From assembly GCA_044345055.1 (NCBI GenBank), contig JBIJBT010000002.1, positions 1 through 61,415 on the forward strand: 61,415 nt of DNA. Reading direction: 5' to 3'. The notes below the pieces were generated by a model. The model saw nothing but the letters and a program-made list of their open reading frames with translations, was not told the origin of the DNA and did no database searches. The position numbers and the translations under genes are program-made. The stretch is from Bdellovibrionota bacterium. Lineage in GTDB: Bacteria > Bdellovibrionota_C > UBA2361 > OMIW01. Below, in pieces: positions 56,510 through 61,415 of the stretch (position 1 is its first letter; each line of letters starts with the position of its first letter).

Positions 56510-58876
56510 TTACACAGTGTCCCGAATCGCCCGACGACTCGGAGTCGCGCGCCGCGCCGCTATCCTCTTTTGCGGCGACTTCGACTCTGCCGCTGCTGGC
56601 GTACAGGCAAACGTTAATCGATCCTCTCCAAGTCCGATGGAAACGGTACCGCCATTAACCAGCGCACCAAAGAGCAGTTCATCTGCGAGCGGATCGCTTA
56701 TCTCTGTCTGGATCATCCGCGACATCGGCCGCGCTCCTAACACCGGATCGTACCCCTTTTTCGCCAACCACTCTTTGGCATCCTGAGTGATTGAAAGCGA
56801 AATCTGTCGCTCGGTGAGTCCCTCGACAAGCTCCTTGATAAACTTATCAACGACCGAAAGCACGACCTCGAGCGGTAATGGCTCAAAAGAAACGATCTCA
56901 TCAAGACGATTGCGAAATTCAGGTTTAAAAAACTCTTTTAATGCAGCTTCCTTCGCACCTCCCTGACCCGTTGCTCCAAATCCAATTCCACCACTTCGAT
57001 CAGAACCTGCATTAGTTGTTAAAATAACGATCACCTGACGAAAATCAGTTTTCCGTCCTTGAGAATCGGTCAGCGAAGCGTCATCGAGTACCTGCAACAG
57101 TATCTGATAAATATCTGCATGAGCCTTTTCGATTTCATCAAACAAGAGGACGGCATACGGCTGTTTTCTCACAAGCTCGGTCAGCGAGCCTCCCTCTTCG
57201 TAGCCAACATATCCCGGAGGAGCGCCTATTAGTCGCGCAACGGCGTGCTTCTCCATATATTCGCTCATATCAAAGCGGTGAAAATGCATCTGCATCTCCG
57301 CTGCTAGCACCCTCGCAAGCTCCGTCTTTCCAACTCCTGTTGGTCCCGCAAAAAGAAATGAGGCGGTCGGTCGGTTGCGATTTTGAAGATTCGCGCGGCT
57401 CCGTTTTACCGCTCGCACAACTGCTGAGATAGCTTTTTCCTGTCCAAAGATCTGATCGCCAAGCCGCCGCTCCAGATCTCGAATAGCACCCGCTTCGTTA
57501 CCTGAAAGTTTTTTAACTGGAGCCTTCACGATCCGCGAAACGGCCTCCTCGATATGTTGCTCATCGATTAAAACCCGAGCCCCCTTCCCGGCATTCATTG
57601 CGGCGGCCGCTCCCGCCTCATCGATTAGATCAATAGCCTTATCAGGCAGCGATCGATCCCGTATGTAACGAGCTGAAAGTGTAACTGCGCTCGATAGCGC
57701 CCGATCAGAAAAAGTTACTCCGTGATGTTCCTCGAAGCGGGTCTTTAATCCACGAACGATCGCTACCGCATCATCGATACTCGGCTCAGCTATTTCGACC
57801 GTTGAAAATCGACGATTGAGCGCTCTATCTTTGAGAAATCCCTTTTTATACTCGTCGTGCGTGGTGCTACCCATACATCGCAGTTTACCGCCACTTAACG
57901 CGGGCTTTAAAATATTAGAGGCATCAAGCGCTCCTCCGGTTGTCGCACCCGCTCCAATAATTGTGTGTATCTCATCGATAAACAGGATAGCCTTTGGAAG
58001 TTCTGTGATCTCCTGGACGAGCAGCTTTAAGCGCTCTTCGAACTCGCCACGAAATTTTGTTCCAGCGACAAGACTTCCCATATCTACACTAAAAAGCCTC
58101 GCGCCTTTTAGCGATTGCGGTACATTCCCCTTTACGATTCGCTCAGCAAGAGCATGACTGAGCGAAGTTTTGCCAACACCCGCCTCGCCAAGAAGAAGTG
58201 GATTATTTTTCGTGCGCCTAGAAAGAATAAGTATAATTCGCTCGAGCTCTTTTTCTCTTCCAATAACTGGATCAAATTCCCCTTTACGGGCCCTCTCGGT
58301 GAGATCGTCTGCAAAGGTGGCGAGCATCCCATCTCCGGTCATCTCCTGTTCCGATTGCTCCTCCTCAACCTCATCTACACTTCGCGTTCTGCGAGTTGAG
58401 CCACCCGAGGCTATCGATGTCGGTATCAGGCGCGCAATCTCTGGAAGCTTAGAGATGCCGTGCGATATAAACCGAACAACATCGGCTCGCCGAACCCCAT
58501 ATTTATTTAGGAAAAAGCTCGCGTGAGATTCCTCCTCCTCGATCACTGAAACAAGCATATCGAGTGGCGAAATTACCATTTTTCCGGCACTCCGAATGTG
58601 CCGAATAGCTCGCTCGAAACTCCGTTGGATAGAGAGTGTATGGATCGGCTCCGACCTATCCCCTTCAGGGCGCGTCTCAATCTCCCTTCCTAGATAATCT
58701 TTAACTTCCTCAATAATTTTCCTCGGTTCAGCACCGCACGCCCGAACAACCTCCTCAATCGAACCCTCGTGAAGCATCGCGTATAGGAGATGCTCAAGTG
58801 AAAAATAGGCGTGATTCATTACGTACGCCTCTCGCACTGCAGCCTCGATAATCAGCGCTAACTCAGAACTAAACAT
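56510..58876 (-). CDS. clpA: ATP-dependent Clp protease ATP-binding subunit ClpA
   Basis: Clp N-domain and two AAA modules (GEAGVGKTS ... GPTGVGKTE), with no ClpB-type middle coiled coil. It is preceded by clpS. Confidence 0.95.
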   Translation of the reverse strand: MFSSELALIIEAAVREAYVMNHAYFSLEHLLYAMLHEGSIEEVVRACGAEPRKIIEEVKDYLGREIETRPEGDRSEPIHTLSIQRSFERAIRHIRSAGKMVISPLDMLVSVIEEEESHASFFLNKYGVRRADVVRFISHGISKLPEIARLIPTSIASGGSTRRTRSVDEVEEEQSEQEMTGDGMLATFADDLTERARKGEFDPVIGREKELERIILILSRRTKNNPLLLGEAGVGKTSLSHALAERIVKGNVPQSLKGARLFSVDMGSLVAGTKFRGEFEERLKLLVQEITELPKAILFIDEIHTIIGAGATTGGALDASNILKPALSGGKLRCMGSTTHDEYKKGFLKDRALNRRFSTVEIAEPSIDDAVAIVRGLKTRFEEHHGVTFSDRALSSAVTLSARYIRDRSLPDKAIDLIDEAGAAAAMNAGKGARVLIDEQHIEEAVSRIVKAPVKKLSGNEAGAIRDLERRLGDQIFGQEKAISAVVRAVKRSRANLQNRNRPTASFLFAGPTGVGKTELARVLAAEMQMHFHRFDMSEYMEKHAVARLIGAPPGYVGYEEGGSLTELVRKQPYAVLLFDEIEKAHADIYQILLQVLDDASLTDSQGRKTDFRQVIVILTTNAGSDRSGGIGFGATGQGGAKEAALKEFFKPEFRNRLDEIVSFEPLPLEVVLSVVDKFIKELVEGLTERQISLSITQDAKEWLAKKGYDPVLGARPMSRMIQTEISDPLADELLFGALVNGGTVSIGLGEDRLTFACTPAAAESKSPQKRIAARRATPSRRAIRDTV

Positions 58877-58889
58877 TGGTGCCTCCTGA

Positions 58890-59210
58890 TTACGACGAAG
58901 CCTCTTCCATGACCGCCTGCAACGGATGTTCCGCAGCTCGCGCCCGATCGTGTACCTGTATCACTTTTGTTTCGGCGATCTGCCTTACGTAGACGCCACA
59001 CACCGCCCTGCCCTGCTGATGAACCTCTAGCATCAAACGCACCGCCTCCGCCGGGCTCTTACGAAATATCGTCTCAAGAATTGTCACCACAAAATCCATC
59101 GGGGTGTAATCATCGTTTAGAAGAATGACCTGATATCGCTTTGGCTCCTGAAGCTGGACCTTCTTAGCCGGAACAGTAACAACACCACCTTCAGATTGCG
59201 CTCGACCCAT
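58890..59210 (-). CDS. clpS: ClpS N-degron adaptor
   Basis: YQVILLNDDYTPMDFVVTILETIF.KS..EA..LML.VH..G.AVCGVY. Confidence 0.95.
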   Translation of the reverse strand: MGRAQSEGGVVTVPAKKVQLQEPKRYQVILLNDDYTPMDFVVTILETIFRKSPAEAVRLMLEVHQQGRAVCGVYVRQIAETKVIQVHDRARAAEHPLQAVMEEASS

Positions 59211-59504
59211 CGTGAATTACTCTGCTTTAATTGGCTGTGATTGCTGCGGCACCTTCTTTCGTGCCCTTTAAAACTAACAAAATACAGACACACACGACCC
59301 GCTGCTGTTTTCTGCCACACCCCATATTTTCATCCTAACCTGAGCTCTCCCTACCCACAACGCTCGCAGCCGCGGTATCATCGTTATAGGATGCGCGTCA
59401 ATCCAAAGCAGGTTAGTCTTTTTTTTGGCTGTTTTGGATATTTGATAAAAGACCAAGTTCTAAGTGCTCTTCTTTATTTTTTAACGCTCGAGGGCCCGCC
59501 CATC

Positions 59505-60152
59505 ATGCCGATCACCGCATTTCCCCCTCATGAAGCGGCACTTCCCTCTGGGCTCATTGGGATCGGTGGGGATCTCTCCGTACCCTCTCTTATGCTTGCC
59601 TACCGTAACGGTATCTTCCCGTGGCCCCAAAGTGATGAGCAGCTACTCTGGTTCTCTCCGCCGATCAGAACCGTCCTTTTTTTCGACCGACTCCACATTC
59701 CACGAAGCCTTCGCCGAGAGTTGAAAAGAACTCCCCTCACATTTGGAGTAAATAGAGCCTTTAAATCAGTCATCGATCACTGCAGTGAAATGACTAACAG
59801 AGTCGACCAGTTTGGAACATGGATTACTCCCGGAATGAAACTAGCCTACTCGGCTCTCCATCAAGCAGGTTTTTGCCCCAGCTTTGAATCGTGGCGAGCA
59901 GATACGCTCATAGGCGGAATGTACGGAGTTTTAATCGATAACTTTTTTGCGGGAGAGTCGATGTTTTATCGTGAGCCAAATAGCTCAAAGATAGCCATTA
60001 TTCGGGCGATCGAATACCTAAGTGAACGAGGGATATCGTGGATGGATTGTCAGATGACTACTCCTCTCGTAGAGCAGCTCGGCGCTGAGGAGATACCACG
60101 TGAGGAGTACCTAGAATTACTCCGAGTTGCGATTAAGGGGGAGGAAGAATGA
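59505..60152 (+). CDS. aat: leucyl/phenylalanyl-tRNA-protein transferase
   Basis: Start set at ATG 59505 (MPITAFPP...). GLIGIGGDLSVPSLMLAYRNGIFPWP, WFSP..R, and GESMFYRE.NSSKIA. Confidence 0.9.
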   Translation: MPITAFPPHEAALPSGLIGIGGDLSVPSLMLAYRNGIFPWPQSDEQLLWFSPPIRTVLFFDRLHIPRSLRRELKRTPLTFGVNRAFKSVIDHCSEMTNRVDQFGTWITPGMKLAYSALHQAGFCPSFESWRADTLIGGMYGVLIDNFFAGESMFYREPNSSKIAIIRAIEYLSERGISWMDCQMTTPLVEQLGAEEIPREEYLELLRVAIKGEEE

Positions 60153-60793
60153 AGCTTTACAGCTATTGGCGTTCAAGCGCGGCGTATCGTGTACGAATTG
60201 CACTCGCAATAAAAGGCATACCGTTTGAATATGTTCCAGTGAGCCTTGTAGCAAACGGCGGAATGCACCTTGAGCCCGAATATGAGGCTCGAAATCCACA
60301 AAAGCTTGTACCACTTCTCGAACTCGATGATGGACGATATATCAGCCAATCGCTCGCGATTATCGAGTATCTTGATGAAGTAACTCCTCATCCCCCTTTG
60401 TTACCCAAAGACGCAGAGCTCCGCGCTCAAGCTCGCTCGATAGCTCTTGCAGTTGCGTGCGATATTCATCCACTCGCAAATCTTCGGGTGATGAACTATC
60501 TCAAAGACACTCTACAGGTCGCAGACTCTGCACGAACCGCTTGGTACCACCACTGGATAACCGAGGGATTCGCCGCCATAGAAAAGCTCCTCGAGCGATA
60601 CGACACACCCTACGCACTAGGCGACTCCCCCACCCTTGCAGATATCGCCCTCGTACCTCAAGTATACAACGCCCGCCGATTTTCAATTCCTCTCGAGAAC
60701 TTCCCCCGCATCACCTCGATAGCGGAATTATGCAGCAAACTAGATTCATTTCGCACCGCCGAACCTGAGCGTCAACCAGATGCGATCGGGTGA
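60149..60793 (+). CDS. maiA: zeta-class glutathione S-transferase / maleylacetoacetate isomerase
   Basis: MKLYSYWRSSAAYRVRIALAIKGIPFEYVPV.L...G..H..EY...NPQKLVPLL (the SSxxxRVRIAL motif). ATGA overlap with the aat stop. Confidence 0.85.
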   Translation: MKLYSYWRSSAAYRVRIALAIKGIPFEYVPVSLVANGGMHLEPEYEARNPQKLVPLLELDDGRYISQSLAIIEYLDEVTPHPPLLPKDAELRAQARSIALAVACDIHPLANLRVMNYLKDTLQVADSARTAWYHHWITEGFAAIEKLLERYDTPYALGDSPTLADIALVPQVYNARRFSIPLENFPRITSIAELCSKLDSFRTAEPERQPDAIG

Positions 60794-60860
60794 ATGGGAG
60801 AAGGATGGGCAACATCTTTTTCTCAGACATATAGAGGTTGTAAGCGATTAGCCGATAGAA

Positions 60861-61403
60861 TCACCCTCTGCTGTTTTGGAGTGCTGCGTATTCGTCCGCA
60901 CTCTCTCGACTCACCACCATCGTAAGACTGTGGTACGCTTTGGCCCAGCAGAGATTACACACAACTGAAAGCGGTGCGATTATCGAGGCGGTTGCTTGTA
61001 CGCAATATCCCGCCGCATAAAGAAGAAACGGAATTCGAGCTCCCTCAGCGGCACTCGATCCGTCATCGCGCCTAGTTAGTGCACGATAGATACCCAAGAC
61101 AAAGAGCAATCCTGCACCAGCTGCTCCCAAGGCTGGAAGCAGCGCTCCGATAGAAATCGCCGTTGAAACGACCGCCGCAAAATCGCCGATACCGTACAGC
61201 AAAATAGATCGACGATAACCAGTAGCGATTATATTTTCTAAATGAGCTTTCTCTTGGGTATTGGCACCGGGCAGATGTTCCTCGCGATCTTTCACCAACC
61301 CAATCTGGTACTGTCCGGTAGCCCACAGCAAAAGTGTCACCCCTGGCAGCATCGCTGAACCGATAAAAGATCCAATCGCTGAAAAAAATGGCACCATGAT
61401 CAT
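60861..61403 (-). CDS. small integral membrane protein (180 aa, 4-5 TM), unknown function
   Basis: ORF with consecutive hydrophobic segments. No motif recognised. Confidence 0.55.
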   Translation of the reverse strand: MIMVPFFSAIGSFIGSAMLPGVTLLLWATGQYQIGLVKDREEHLPGANTQEKAHLENIIATGYRRSILLYGIGDFAAVVSTAISIGALLPALGAAGAGLLFVLGIYRALTRRDDGSSAAEGARIPFLLYAAGYCVQATASIIAPLSVVCNLCWAKAYHSLTMVVSRESADEYAALQNSRG

Positions 61404-61415
61404 AACAACGGCACT

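Noticed and set aside
1-61415. tRNA/rRNA scan by eye for T-loop GGTTCGAAT-like boxes and rRNA signatures
   Set aside because: Nothing convincing was found. A proper tRNAscan/Infernal run is needed to be certain.

Overview
This is a 61.4 kb bacterial chromosomal window of roughly 50% GC, judged by eye. It is gene-dense, and no rRNA, tRNA or CRISPR array is visible. The lineage is Gram-negative-like, based on lipobox proteins, a MacB/FtsX-type ABC system and a ClpS/ClpA/Aat N-end-rule set. Most of the window is housekeeping: rpsT, hemC-hemD, a RecD2-type helicase, a DEAD-box helicase, sucA, greA-dnaG-rpoD, dapF, an A-type Fe-S carrier, Fe/Mn SOD, ald, nuoF, clpS-clpA, aat and maiA. Accessory or poorly understood parts are listed here. 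(1) A Y1/IS200-RAYT-type transposase is cut by the left edge. (2) An IclR / acyl-CoA dehydrogenase / AttEFGH-like ABC transporter block ends in a CrtC/AttH lipocalin-like protein. (3) Two secreted proteases (MA-type and S8) flank the Fe-S carrier gene. (4) A histone-H1-like Lys/Ala-repeat protein is present, and rpoD and the DEAD-box helicase both carry long basic repeat tails. (5) A divergent locus holds an uncharacterised winged-helix protein, an EamA transporter and a 150-aa ORF on one side, and PspA/IM30 with a polytopic membrane protein on the other. Perfect palindromic and tandem operator-like repeats lie between them. (6) A stand-alone SF1/UvrD-like helicase carries a RelE/ParE-like N-terminus and an ankyrin-containing C-terminal half. 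(7) A glycan-modification cluster contains GT2, a NodU/CmcH carbamoyltransferase, an SxtJ-like protein, GT4 and an unknown. (8) Downstream of clpA lies an apparent insertion or rearrangement: a diverged duplicate of the clpA 3' end, a perfect 18-bp hairpin with tandem repeat, an (AG)12 tract, an acidic 316-aa ORFan and a DUF4143 AAA ATPase. My best candidates for something new are items 5, 6 and 8. All family calls rest on motif recognition by eye; no database search was possible.
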